From Octopus vulgaris (Eukaryota): DNA of 64,000 nt. The DNA lies in assembly GCA_951406725.2 (NCBI GenBank), contig OX597817.1, positions 120,218,001 to 120,282,000 on the forward strand, read 5' to 3'. Shown piece by piece: positions 36,997 to 49,187 of the stretch; within the stretch, counting starts at the first letter, position 1, and the number at the start of each line of letters is the position of its first letter. The notes under the pieces were generated by a model. It did not search any database. It had not been told where the DNA came from and saw only the letters and a program-made list of their open reading frames with translations. A program made the position numbers and the translations under genes.

Positions 36997-39240
36997 TCAT
37001 CATCATCATCATCATCGTCGTTTAACGTCCGTTCTCCATGCTAGCATGGGTTGGACGGTTCGACCGGGGTTCTGGGAAGCCAGAAGGCTGCACCAGGCTC
37101 CAGTCTAATCTGGCAATGTTTCTACAGCTGGATGCCCTTCCTAACGCCAACCACTCCGTGAGTGTAGTGGGTGCTTTTTACGTGCCACTTGCACAGGTGC
37201 CAGGCGCGGCTGGCAACGGCCACGGTCAGATTGGTGTATTTTATGTGCCACCGGCATGGAAGCCAGTCGAGGCGGTGCTGGCATCGGCCACGAGTCGGAT
37301 AGTGCTTTTTACGTACCACCAGACCAAGGATCCTGGCTGGTTCAATTCGATTTCGATTTCGCTTGCCCCAACATGTCTTCACAAGCAAAGGGGGTTGGCA
37401 TGGGTGCCTGTCGTACGGTCGCATTGGAGTATTTTACGTGCCACGGCCACGAGTCGGATAGTGCTTTTTACGTACCACCAGGCCAGGGATCCTGGCTGGT
37501 TCAATTCAGTTTCGATTTCGATTTCGCTTGCCCCAACATGTCTTCGCAAGCATGGGGGGTTGGCATGGGTGTCTGTCGTCGGATGAGGTTCTATATCGAC
37601 TTCGCTTGCCTCAACCGGTCTTTGTGTCCAAGGGAGGAAAGGCATTCATAAGTGGGCTGGGCTCACTTGTCCTGCCTGGTCTTCTCACGTACAGAATATT
37701 TCCAACGGTCTCGGTCTCTGGTCATTTCCTCAGTGAGGCCTAAAGTTCGAAGGTCGTGCTTCACCACCTCGTCCCAGGTTTTCCTGGGTCTACCTCTTCC
37801 ACGGGTTCCCTCAACTGCTAGGGATTGGCACTTTCTCACACACCTATCTTCATCCATTCTCGCCACATGACCATACCAGCGCAATCGTCTCTCTTGCACA
37901 CTACAACTGATGCTTCTTAGGTACAACATTTCTCTCAAGGTGCTAACGCTCTGTCGAGTATGTACACTGATATTACACATCCATCGGAGCATACTGGCTT
38001 CATTCCTCACGAGCTTACGCATGTCCTCAGCAGTCACGGCCCATGTTTCGCTGCCATGTAGCATGGCTGTTCGTACACATGCATCATACAGTCTGCCTTT
38101 TACTCTGAGCGAGAGGCCTTTAGTCACCAGCAGAGGTAAGAGCTCCCTAAACTTTGCCCAGGCTATTCTTATTCTAGCAGTTACACTTTCAGCGCACCCA
38201 CCCCCACTACTGACTTGGTCACCTAGATAACGGAAGCTATCAACTACTTCTAGTTTTTCCCCCTGGAAAGTGACGGAAGTTGTTTTCTGCAGATTTTCGG
38301 AGGTTAATGCTCCCGAGCATCTGCCACATACAAAAACTATCTTCCCAGTTAGCCTACCTTTGACATTGCTGCACCTCTTATGTGTCCATAGCTTACACTG
38401 GGTACATCTTATAGAGTTTCTACCTACACCTTTTCTACAGATCGGGCAGGGCCATCTTCCTGAAGATATTTGTGGATTGTCTACCTTTCTACTTATTAGT
38501 ACTTTGGTTTTAGCTAGGTTGACTCTAAGGCCCCTTGATTCTAAACCCTCCTTCCACACCTGGAACTTCTCCTCCAGTTCTGATAGTGACTCAGCAATAA
38601 GAGCAAGGTCGTCAGCGTAGAGGAGCTCCCAGGGACAGCCTGTCTTGAATTCCTCCGTAATTGCCTGGAGTACAATGATAAATAGGAGGGGGCTGAGTAC
38701 TGAACCCTGGTGGACCCCAACCTCTACTTTGAATTCTTCTGTGTACATGTTGCCAACCCTAACCTTACTTACGGCATCTCTGTACATGGCTTGCACAGTC
38801 CTCACCAGCCATTCATCTATCCCTAGTTTCCTCATTGACCACCAAATAAGGGATCGGGGGACCCTATCAAAAGCTTTCTCCATGTTAACGAAAGCCAGGT
38901 ACAGGGGCTTATCTTTGGCTAGGTATTTCTCCTGCAGCTGCCTTACCAGGAATATAGCATCAGTGGTACTTTTCCCTGGCACGAACCCAAACTGCATCTC
39001 ATCTAAACTAACTCTCTCTCTAATTAGTTGGGCTATGACCCTCTCCGTAACCTTCATTACTTGATCCAACAGCTTGATACCTCTGTAATTATTTGTATCT
39101 AGGGCATCACCTTTACCTTTGTAGCAGTTGACTAGTATGCTGCTGCACCAGTCATTGGGTATGACTCCTTCGTGTATCACCTGGTTGACTATACGGGTGA
39201 CTAGGTTATAGCCGACACTGCCAGATATTTTGAGCATCTG
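36994..39240 (-). mobile_element. Young 5'-truncated RTE-clade LINE inserted in (TA)n
   Basis: Open RT ORF, ~650-bp 3' UTR with conserved ggatgcccttcct motif (as read on +), (TGA)n tail; GC-rich relative to flanks. Confidence 0.95.
37663..39240 (-). CDS. Non-LTR reverse transcriptase (RTE clade), N-terminally truncated, with internal PHD-type zinc finger
   Basis: Motifs [45 protein letters not shown] (YADD at 38608-38619), [24 protein letters not shown]. The listed Met at 39300 is microsatellite-derived. Confidence 0.93.
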   Translation of the reverse strand, partial: QMLKISGSVGYNLVTRIVNQVIHEGVIPNDWCSSILVNCYKGKGDALDTNNYRGIKLLDQVMKVTERVIAQLIRERVSLDEMQFGFVPGKSTTDAIFLVRQLQEKYLAKDKPLYLAFVNMEKAFDRVPRSLIWWSMRKLGIDEWLVRTVQAMYRDAVSKVRVGNMYTEEFKVEVGVHQGSVLSPLLFIIVLQAITEEFKTGCPWELLYADDLALIAESLSELEEKFQVWKEGLESRGLRVNLAKTKVLISRKVDNPQISSGRWPCPICRKGVGRNSIRCTQCKLWTHKRCSNVKGRLTGKIVFVCGRCSGALTSENLQKTTSVTFQGEKLEVVDSFRYLGDQVSSGGGCAESVTARIRIAWAKFRELLPLLVTKGLSLRVKGRLYDACVRTAMLHGSETWAVTAEDMRKLVRNEASMLRWMCNISVHTRQSVSTLREMLYLRSISCSVQERRLRWYGHVARMDEDRCVRKCQSLAVEGTRGRGRPRKTWDEVVKHDLRTLGLTEEMTRDRDRWKYSVREKTRQDK

Positions 39241-39420
39241 ATATATATATATATATATATAAACACATACACACACATATATATATACACACACACACAT
39301 AAATATACATATATATATCTATAACAATATATATACACATATATATATATATAAACACACACACACATACACACACACACATATATATATATAAACACAC
39401 ACACACATACACACACACAC

Positions 39421-39459
<39 letters not shown>

Positions 39460-39598
39460 AATATATATATATATATATATACATATATATATAAACACAT
39501 ACACACATATATATATACACACACACATAAATATACATATATATATCTATACCAATATATATACACATATATATATACATATATATATAAACACACAC

Positions 39599-39629
<31 letters not shown>

Positions 39630-39823
39630 TACATATATACATATATATACATACATATACATACATATATATATATATACATATACATATATACAGACAT
39701 ATATATATATATATACATACATATACATACATATATATACATATATACACACATAAACATATATATACATATGCATATATATATACATATGTATACACAG
39801 ACATAAAGATATATATACATATG

Positions 39824-39878
<55 letters not shown>
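39241..39878. repeat. ~640-bp compound (TA/CA)n microsatellite with internal duplicated units
   Basis: Direct inspection; unit cataaatatacatatatatatctata(a/c)caatatatat occurs twice. Confidence 0.96.
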
Positions 39879-39880
<2 letters not shown>

Positions 39881-41272
39881 GAAGGCATATCACAGTAAGG
39901 ATTTTATTTCATTGTGTCCTAATATTTTGAATGAATTATCGTTAAATAAAATATGGCTAAATGAAAAGCTAAATACATTATCATCTGTCTGCAAATCTAT
40001 CATACTAAACAAATTTCTATAATCCTGTCTGGCATTTTCTGAATGCATTCAGTTAAATACTCACCAATAAATTTTGCATTGAATTCAAAGTCTGGAAGAA
40101 TTTAGTACCAATACTGAATGTACATATTTTATAGCTATGAGGTAAGTAATGTGCTTTTTTTTCTTCAGTTGTTTAAAGAAAAATAGAGCTTTACTGTGTA
40201 CATGTGTGTCAATGTAGCTCTGCAAACTCTTGTATCTCTATGCACACACAAATATAGTGCATGTGTACCTGATTGTTTAAGTGTATGGAATACATCATAC
40301 AATAGTGATAAGCCCTCAGAAAGTTGAGTTTCTAACCTACTTTGCTCAATTACATTTAACTTATATCTTGTACCAATGAATTATGACTAAAATTAATATC
40401 TTGGAAACAGATGGACTTCACTCGGTTGAATATTTTTGTCACAATTCATTAAAAGTGTAACACCCCAAACACCAATAATGTATTGAAGAATGTTTCTGTT
40501 ATAGTGTTAGAATACTTAATTTTGTTTGTAGTATAGAACAAGAATCATTTGGGAAAAGAATAATAACTTATTTTTATTTCAGAACACATCCACTTAAAGA
40601 AAAATTTAGAGATGAATGATTATTTATAAATCATTCATAGAAATAAAAATATACTTACTAATAAGTACAATTTGTCACAAATGATTTGAACAGTCATAAA
40701 CTTTATAGTTATAAGCCATGGGATATATACGATGGATGTCCAAGTTATTTCTTATAGTTAAAGTATTGTTATTTATTATAGGTTATGTACAGATAAATTT
40801 CCTTAATTTTGTAAAAAAAAAAAAATTCCACATCTACCTAACTTTAAAATATTTTTTTTTTCTCAAAAGCGACTTTCTGAAGCAATAGATTATTGAAATA
40901 AGATAATTTGTCTTGCCTCTTGACATAACAAGAAAGTTGTCTGAAGGTTTTTAACTCATGATCATATTACCAGCACATTAACCTTACAGCTAATGCAGTT
41001 CTTTATCTATATAACGACATATATATCAAATAATTCATATATTAAATAGAAATTACCTTTCATCAATTTATATAACCAGATACCTGGAAAAGTGTTAAAG
41101 GCATGAAAGTGTCAAGAAGAACTCAGTTCAGCTTGTGAAGGAGAGAGGTGAGCAGCAATATGTAGCTTGTTGTTTATAAGATGTGAAACTATTACTGCTC
41201 CAGTTTTGAAGAGAGAGATGCAAAAGTATATAATAAAGATGTAGATTCCCTATTATGCATTTGTTAACTTGA

Positions 41273-41494
41273 CCCTTTCATTACCAAGCTGCCTGAAACC
41301 ACCTCTTGCTCTGTAGTACAAATGTCTTGTTTTTAAAAGTTCTGAATTAAAATCTTCCACCAAACCTTAGTCATAATTTATGTTCCTAACATTTTCTTAA
41401 TGATAACTAAGTTATTTTACAAAATTCTTTGTTATATTTAGAATTATTTGAAAGAAACAAAAAGTATCTCAACAGAAATATTGTAACAAAAGGG
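41273..41494. mobile_element. piggyBac-type MITE
   Basis: Termini ccctttcattacca / ttgtaacaaaaggg; degenerate TTAA sites (ttga, tttt). Confidence 0.65.
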
Positions 41495-44119
41495 TTTTAG
41501 CACAGAAATTCCCATTCTGTAATAAGGTGTACAATGAGAAGTTTGTATAAGATGAACCATTCATGAGTGCTCATTTTCACAGAATAAGAAAGTTAAAGAC
41601 TAGCAATGCCATTGATACAGAATTTAATGGAGAACAAGGAGTACTCTTGCAAAATAACAATATATTCCAAATGCCTGTTTACTATATTCCATCTTCATAA
41701 CATTTACTGCTTAATAAAATATTTTTCAATTTCAATGAAAACAAATGAAATAATGTCACATTGCCAAACTCTAGGCTGACAGTTTATTTCATTTGTGCAC
41801 CATTCCAAGTAATATGAAGACAGTAATGCAAGGGAGAATCCACAAGTATCTGGACCCAAAAGAAAAATAGTGAAGAGTGAGTTAAGTGAAATGACTCATT
41901 CAGAAATTGAAACTCCATTAGACAATGAATATAACATAACCAAGATGAAGATGTACATGATGACAACAATCAAGAAAAAGATTCAGATAATAATGAAGAA
42001 GATAAAGAATGTTTTGGTTCGATCAAAGTTTGCAGTCAAAATATTATATTGCAAAGAATAACAGCATAAATTCTAAATCAACATTCTTGGTTTCTGAACT
42101 CTACTAAACATTGTAGTCAGATATTCTGATGTATTGAAATACGATAGCATTTATTTTGTACTGTATTTTCATTTTTCTTTACACTAATATATTTTTGTTT
42201 CATTGATTGACACATAAATTGTTAAACCAATAAAAATGACCCATTCAATTATTTTGTAGTGTCAAGCTGAGACATAATATTGCCTCCATAATAATAATTT
42301 TAAACATCAACACAATTCAGATACATGAAACACTGTTACGGTCATTAAGCAGTAAAAGCTTTTTAGGAAGAATGTTTGGAATCAAGGGTACTGCATAAAT
42401 TTATATCATTTGTTTGCCTTTGAATCACACAATTGCTCCAAGTCCATTAACTCTGCATGTTTCAATTTGTTGGACTGACAACAGGTTCCATTCCTATGCC
42501 TAAGTTATTGATAGAAATCATGAAGCAGTAAAAAATAGTATTTTAATCTAAACAAACCATTTTCCCCATGCTAGTATAAACAAAATCAAATGCAGAAGAG
42601 TGGCAAAAATAAAGAAATAATACAAAAGTTTATTGTTTATCATAGTTTTCATTTCTTTCCTTACTTTCCAAATCAGAAATATTTAGATAACCAATCTTAT
42701 TTAAAGAAAAGTTAAAAGGACAGAAAAAATACACCTAAGATACTTAAATACTGACAATAATGTGATGTTCCACGTAAATATTTCCTAAGAAATTCAACTT
42801 CTGAATTAATTTTCCATTTGGAAAAGATTGAAAGAAAGTATATGATTTCTATTATGGTGTTGATTCATGTAACCAAAATGTACATATGGTCACTGACTGA
42901 TTAGTTTACCAAAATTTCAAATATTTAAATACCATAATTTTCAGTCACTGAAATATGAGTAGAGCAGTGATTAAATTTTAATTAACATCATATCTAAATT
43001 GGGAAACAAAGAAGTTGATACAGTCATTGTTTCCCCTAAATAACTGTGTGAGATTTCATACGCTGTGCACAAAGAATTTGCAATTGCAGCCACTAAATTA
43101 ATGTATTTCAAAAAAGAAAACAAAAAAGTGTAATTATTTCATTCATTCATTCATCATATTCACATATTAATGTAAGTAAATATAAGGTTTGCATTCTATT
43201 TTTAGTCAAAGTTTATTTTTTGTTTGCCTATCACTGAAAAATAATAGCCAGAAATATTTCATTCTCAAGTACAATAATAGACTGTGTGATGAGGTGGAAA
43301 AATTGAAGATTGGAAAAAAAGAGAAAGCTAAAAATAGCAAAAGATTTACTAAAATCTTTAGTCAGTAAAACAGCTAATTCTGCTTTGATTTATTCAAGGT
43401 AGTTGCTTCTACTACTTGAAACTACATATTTTTCAAGCACATAAACTATTTTTCAAAAACCTTCATTCAACAAAAGATAAAAATATTATTATGTAGGATG
43501 AAAATATGTGTGAACATACAATTGTGAAATTAAAGAAAGCCATACCATAAACATTCTTTACAGGGAACAAAAAGTGTCACTGAAATTTATCATTCACCAC
43601 TTTGTTTATGTATGAGGAAGAGATTTTACCTGAGGTATGTCAATATTATGGACAATATTATTATTTTAAAAATTCCCTTTGATATTTATCAGATGCTACA
43701 AATATTACTAACATACCCACAATGAGCTTTTATTATGTTTACTCAACCTGCTAGAAATGGCATTCAAGTCTCCTTCAAATTCCCCAGAAAGATGCATTAG
43801 AATCATGAAAATGGAATCTTGATAAGGAATGTTACTTATGGAATAGCTATCTAAATAAATGAAAATACTGTACACTATACATATAGTTTGGAGAACATGG
43901 AATAAAATATATCTGGATTAAATGTGCATAGATAATACTGAATGACTATTTATTAAGCCCTCACTGAGAAAGAAAACCTAAATTTCAATGTTAAAATGCA
44001 ACAAATATAATATTTATTTTTCTAAAAATGATAGTAGAGGTAAATGTATTTATTAATTATTTCTGATACATTAAAATTGCACCATCTTTCCATCGACATA
44101 GCAATAGGTATTAAACAGG

Positions 44120-44346
44120 TAATAATAATAATCATTTCTACTAAATACACAAAGCCTGAAATTTTGGGGGAAGGGATTAGATGATTATATCAACCCCAGC
44201 GCATAAGTGATTCTTATTTCATTGACCCCAAAAGGATAAAAGGCAAAGTCGACTTTGGCAGAATTTGATCTCAGAATGTAGCAATGGGTGAAATACTACT
44301 AAGCATTTTGCCTGACATGCTAATGATTCTGCCAGCTTACCACCTT
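44120..44346 (-). mobile_element. SINE family A in (TAA)n
   Basis: Homologous to the 7915-8135 copy; flanked by (AAT)n on both sides. Confidence 0.9.
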
Positions 44347-44374
44347 TATAATAATAATAACAATAATAATAATA

Positions 44375-45025
44375 AGGAACTACCAGGCCAAAATATTGAA
44401 GAACAGCAGTAGCCCAACATGTATGTCAACAACAAAATGAGCCATTGATCATGTTTTCTCCATGTGCCATCTTCAAGTACCTACTGAGTATCTCAACAGG
44501 CATGATAGAGTAGCACAATATATTCACTGGGTAATTTGCAAAAACCTGAACCTGCCCCATGACAAAAACTGGTGGAAACACAAACCACCTCGAGTGCTTA
44601 AAAATGATCACATCTTACTCCTCTGGAACTTCACCATTCAAACTGACAGAAAGACAGATGTGAGTAGGCCAGATATTATTCTGAAAGACTTCAGACAAAA
44701 ATTATGCCTCCTCATTGATATGACTGTCCCATTTAACATAAATGTGTCTGTCAAGACCTACCAAAAACTGAGCAAACATAAAGATCTTGAAATAGAAATT
44801 GGCAAAATGTGGAACCTCAAGACTAAAACAATACCTGTTGTCATAAATTACTTAGGAATGATAGCAAAGGGGGCTATTTCCTACCTAGCTCAGATACCAG
44901 GAAACCCTAAAATGGCAAAAATTCAAAAGATAGTGCTCATGGGAACTGCCCATATCCTATGTAAAATACTATCTATGCAATCTCAAATTTTAAAACAAAC
45001 TCATTTTCTTGTTTTCTCAATGGTC
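44375..45025 (+). mobile_element. R4/Dong-clade LINE 3' fragment (CCHC knuckle plus restriction-like endonuclease)
   Basis: C..CQQQNE-IDHVFSMC, YLNRHDRVAQYIHW, RPDIILKD...LLIDMTVP, KLSKHKDL, IPVVI, IQKIVLMGTAHIL; begins right after (AAT)n. Confidence 0.9.
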
Positions 45026-45055
45026 TGCCTTATCACCACCTTAATATTAATAATA

Positions 45056-45297
45056 ATCCTTTATACTGGAAGAACAAGGCCTCAAATTTGGGGGAAGGGA
45101 TTAAGTCGATTACATCGATCCTAGTGCATAACTGGTACCTATTTAATCAACCCCAAAAGGATGAGAGACAAAGACACCCCAAAAGGATAAAAGGCAAAGT
45201 CAACCCCAGCAGAATTTAAACTCAGAACATAGCAACAGATGAAATACTGTTAAATATTTCACCTGGCATGCTAATGATTCTGCCAGATCACCACCTT
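45056..45297 (-). mobile_element. SINE family A with 16-bp TSD and internal 26-bp duplication
   Basis: TSD cttaatattaataata at 45040-45055 and 45298-45313; accccaaaaggat... duplicated at 45150-45175 and 45176-45201. Confidence 0.9.
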
Positions 45298-45324
45298 CTT
45301 AATATTAATAATAGCAACGACAAC

Positions 45325-47050
45325 CCTATTTCCAGAAGAGCAGCAGAGACACTGTAATAACTATAATTACTGACTAACAAAGCATTCCTGAAGAAAGTAG
45401 AACAACAAGCCAAAAGGGTCTGAGTATTCACAGACTGACTACCAGAAAAATTTGATTGTGTTCCCCATGAACAAGTAAGCACAAATAATAAACAGACAGG
45501 TATTTAATTTATTGTGAATAAATAGCAAACAAATTTACAGACAGAAGAAGGAGTTCTAAAAAACCAACACTGTTTCCATTAGAAGAGGAATATTCCAATA
45601 GACTTCCTCTTTCTATTCCTATTCTGCTTGGTGCTAACAACCAGATCAAATACAGAAACAATAGTACAGGAGGCCAATCAATCAACTTTAATATAGGACA
45701 CTCTAAAAATGTACCCTGCAGATGATAAGCAATTAGAAACACTGCTATGGACATTATAAACATTTACTAGAGGAACTGACATAAGGAAAATGCACCAAAG
45801 CAACCTTGGGGAACAGAAAATTAATTAAAGTCACTAATATTGTGATAGATAAGCACAGAGATAGAGAATTAGATAACAGACATACAAAAACTTAAGAATA
45901 AATGAAGTAGAAAGTTTACAAAACACACAAATGAAAGAAATGATCAGTAAGAAATACATACTTAAACAGATATAAATGCCAGAAAAATAAAGGAATAAGC
46001 TGCAACACACCAGCTCGCCCAGAATGCTATTGGAAGGAAAATAGTAACTGCAACCATAATATACCACCTAGAATCTTACACAGAAACATAGCTATTTTAT
46101 GCAAGTAGGAAACTGGTATGAAATATTCACTGGAAATATTACAAAAAATGTATAGTAAAGTATGATGGAAAACTAAAAGGAGAAGCTACAAAAGATGAAA
46201 ATAATACAAAAATTGTTTTTTTTCTTCAAGGACTTTAACAAATATGAAACAAAGGTTGAAATAGGCAGTTGTAAGAGGAGAAGGGAAACAACTGTAAATG
46301 AGAAAAAGCTAAATATAGAGCAACAAAACTGCCAGAAGAAAGTGATGACAAAAAAGAACAAAACCATAATGGTCAAGATCTTAAAAAAGAAAAATGGTTA
46401 AAAAAACTGGAAAATGATAAATAAAAACTACTGCCTCCTGTTAGAAATGCAAGGATCAAAGTTAGATTTGAAGCATTTTTTATTGTGGAACTGGATCAAC
46501 AATTCTGACCAGAAACAACTAAATGTATGTAAGGAAGTAAAATACATAAGCTCTACAGTTACATTAGGTTACACTAGAATTTTTGGCAGATATAAAGGAA
46601 AAGCCACATGTCTCTGGTTATAACATTTAAGGCAAGACAAAAGATATCTACAATTAAGACAGAGATGGAACATTCACATACTGGAAATTTTTCTATAATT
46701 ATGAAATACTAACAGAAATGGGAGGTATATACATAAATCAGAGACAATCACAGAGAAAGCTGAAGTGACCATACTCTAGGGTATGGAATTCCATACAGAC
46801 AAGGACAATTGACCAGATACTGTTGTCAAGTTCAAGCAGGAAAGGAGGAACCTACAGCATCAAACATAAAATAAAATAATTATCTCTCCAAAAGAAATCT
46901 CTAAAAGTAATGGGGGAAATTATCAAAATATATAAAATCAGGAAACAGTGATAAGTGTGTGGGAACATAAAATAGATACAATCCTTATAATAATAAATAA
47001 TGTGAGAACGATTAAAAGAAAAGATGCACATATGTGCATAACCAAAATCC
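45325..47050 (+). mobile_element. Ancient R4/Dong-clade LINE (RT to endonuclease), heavily decayed
   Basis: In order: FPEEQ, LLTNKAFL, DYQK-FDCVPH, IRRGIFQ-D..LFCL, DTLKMYPADDKQLETLL, later PD (~46815) and WE-KIDTILII; (AAT)n tract downstream. Confidence 0.75.
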
Positions 47051-47253
47051 CATGATTTGAATATGTACATATATATATATATATATATATGACACACAGA
47101 AAATAGCACAGAAAAAAAATTCTGATAGATATTATGAAGGGCCCTTTCAATGCAATAGAAAACACAAAACAAAACACTGCACATATCTACAGTACACAAA
47201 ACTGCACTCAATTGTGTTGTGAAAGCATTTAATAAAAATAAGACTATTGAAAA

Positions 47254-47291
47254 GTAATAGTAGTAGTAATAATAATAATATTAATAATAAT

Positions 47292-47332
<41 letters not shown>

Positions 47333-47352
47333 TAATAATATCATCATCATCA
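47254..47352. repeat. (AGT)(AAT)n(CAT)n microsatellite
   Basis: Direct inspection; probable Dong target or tail. Confidence 0.93.
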
Positions 47353-48205
47353 ACAGACGATTCTGTGACAAGTATAGATATTCAAGTGAATGAAAATGTG
47401 ACCTACTTTCATTTCAGAACGTTGATGCAGTAGAATGTTGATATGCTTGAACCCTTATCAGATAAGATGCATTATTAGCTAGTATAACACAAAGAGACAA
47501 CTTTTAAGTATTTCACTTGCATATTCAGTCATTTAGCTGCAATAATGCCCATTAGACCTGTTGCAATATGCAATTTAATTGAACCATTTCTCTATCTTAT
47601 TTATGATTTCTATAGAAATCTCATCAACATTAGCTTCCTATGAGTACCCTCCCTTTTAAATCTCATATATATATATAAAATTGCTTCTAAAAATCAAATA
47701 GAAAACTTTTTTTTAAAAAATTTCTACTGATAAAATATGCAAGCAGAAAAAGCATTGAAACAGTATTTCCTAAAATAGCACCAATATTACCAAATCATAC
47801 AAACATTATCTATTTGATATTCTACTGAAAAAAAAAGATACTACAATAAAGAAACGATGAATATGACACATTTTTAGGATGCAGTACTATCTTTTGCAAA
47901 AGAGAGTTATGAATAAAAAACAAACTTATAAAAAGTTCTGAAAAATTTAAGCTTTCCCTAAGAGAAGATGTTTTATTGAAACTAATTTTATTTATTTAGT
48001 TATTATTATCATTATTATTATTATCATCATCATCATCATCATCATGGCAGTCTTTATATTTTGAAAACAAAACCATAAATTTACAATGGATTACACTGAA
48101 ACACAAAATTTATAAGTAAGACACACAACCTGTAAACAAAGAATAGATTTAACTTTCTCTGTCTGTCCTGACATATGTATATGGGGGTGTGTATGTGTGT
48201 GCATA

Positions 48206-48247
<42 letters not shown>

Positions 48248-48794
48248 ATCCTCACAGACACACACATATGTATATCTATATTGGTGTGTGTATGTGTGTG
48301 TGCACATATATGTAAGTCTGCTTTAAATCATTTTCTTTAAACCATCACAGAAATAATGTAGCTCCTATGAATATAGAATATTTTATGGTAAAACATATCT
48401 TCATGGTAGTTTTGTGTTGTTTATATCTAGCTTTTCTTTTCCACAGTCTTCTCTTTTTAACTTAAAACGAAAGAAAAAGTGAATAATTTTAAAACTTCTG
48501 TCATTCAATGTATGTAAGATGTCATTACAACTGAAGTGAGAGCACCCATGTAAGTTTGAAATATTTATATATTTATGTGCATCTTGTTTTTTTAAAATAA
48601 AATGATAGCAAACAATACACTGCTTTAGTTGTCTATTTTTATATAAAACTAAATAACTGCACATAAAAATAGCAAAATAATGGAGTATTCTAAGATAATT
48701 TAAGAGCTAAGTCAGCTGAAGTCATTGTAATATATTTGCTCTGAAATGCATTTTAACATTCTCACATGAAGTTTAGATTCCACCATAGACAGTC

Positions 48795-48940
48795 ATTTGG
48801 CAGAGCTGTTAGTGCATGAAATAGAATAGATTGTGGTATTTGTTTCAATACTCTGTGCTCTAAGTTCAAATTCAACTAAAATCAACTTTGCCTTCAATAC
48901 CTTCAGGTTTCATAAATAAAATACCACTCTAATACTAGTA
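48795..48940 (+). mobile_element. Old SINE family A-related copy
   Basis: tggcagagctgttagtgca...ctaagttcaaattc...caactttgccttcaataccttcagg...aaaatacca. Confidence 0.65.
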
Positions 48941-49154
48941 TTCTATATGTCATATATAAATCAGTCTTCCATTCCTCCAGCAGTCACAACCAGATGTTCT
49001 TCTTCGTCTTTGGTGTGAGAGTAAAAAGAGTGTCTGTGTCTGCTAGTAAATACATGGGTACCTTAAACCATTAGTAGAAATGATCCATGTTGATACAAAA
49101 ATCATCTTCGATAGCAAATGACAGCTATAGTTATATATATTTTATAGATATGTT

Positions 49155-49187
<33 letters not shown>

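Noticed and set aside
37038-37651. 182-aa and 131-aa ORFs with internal repeats
   Set aside because: Antisense to the RTE 3' UTR; the repeats reflect the UTR duplication.
37910-39064. Plus-strand ORFs of 106-139 aa
   Set aside because: Antisense shadows of the RTE RT ORF.
41860-42010. Acidic D/E/N-rich coding-like tract (similar at 8900-8990)
   Set aside because: Could be a transposase N-terminus but no catalytic motifs nearby; low complexity.
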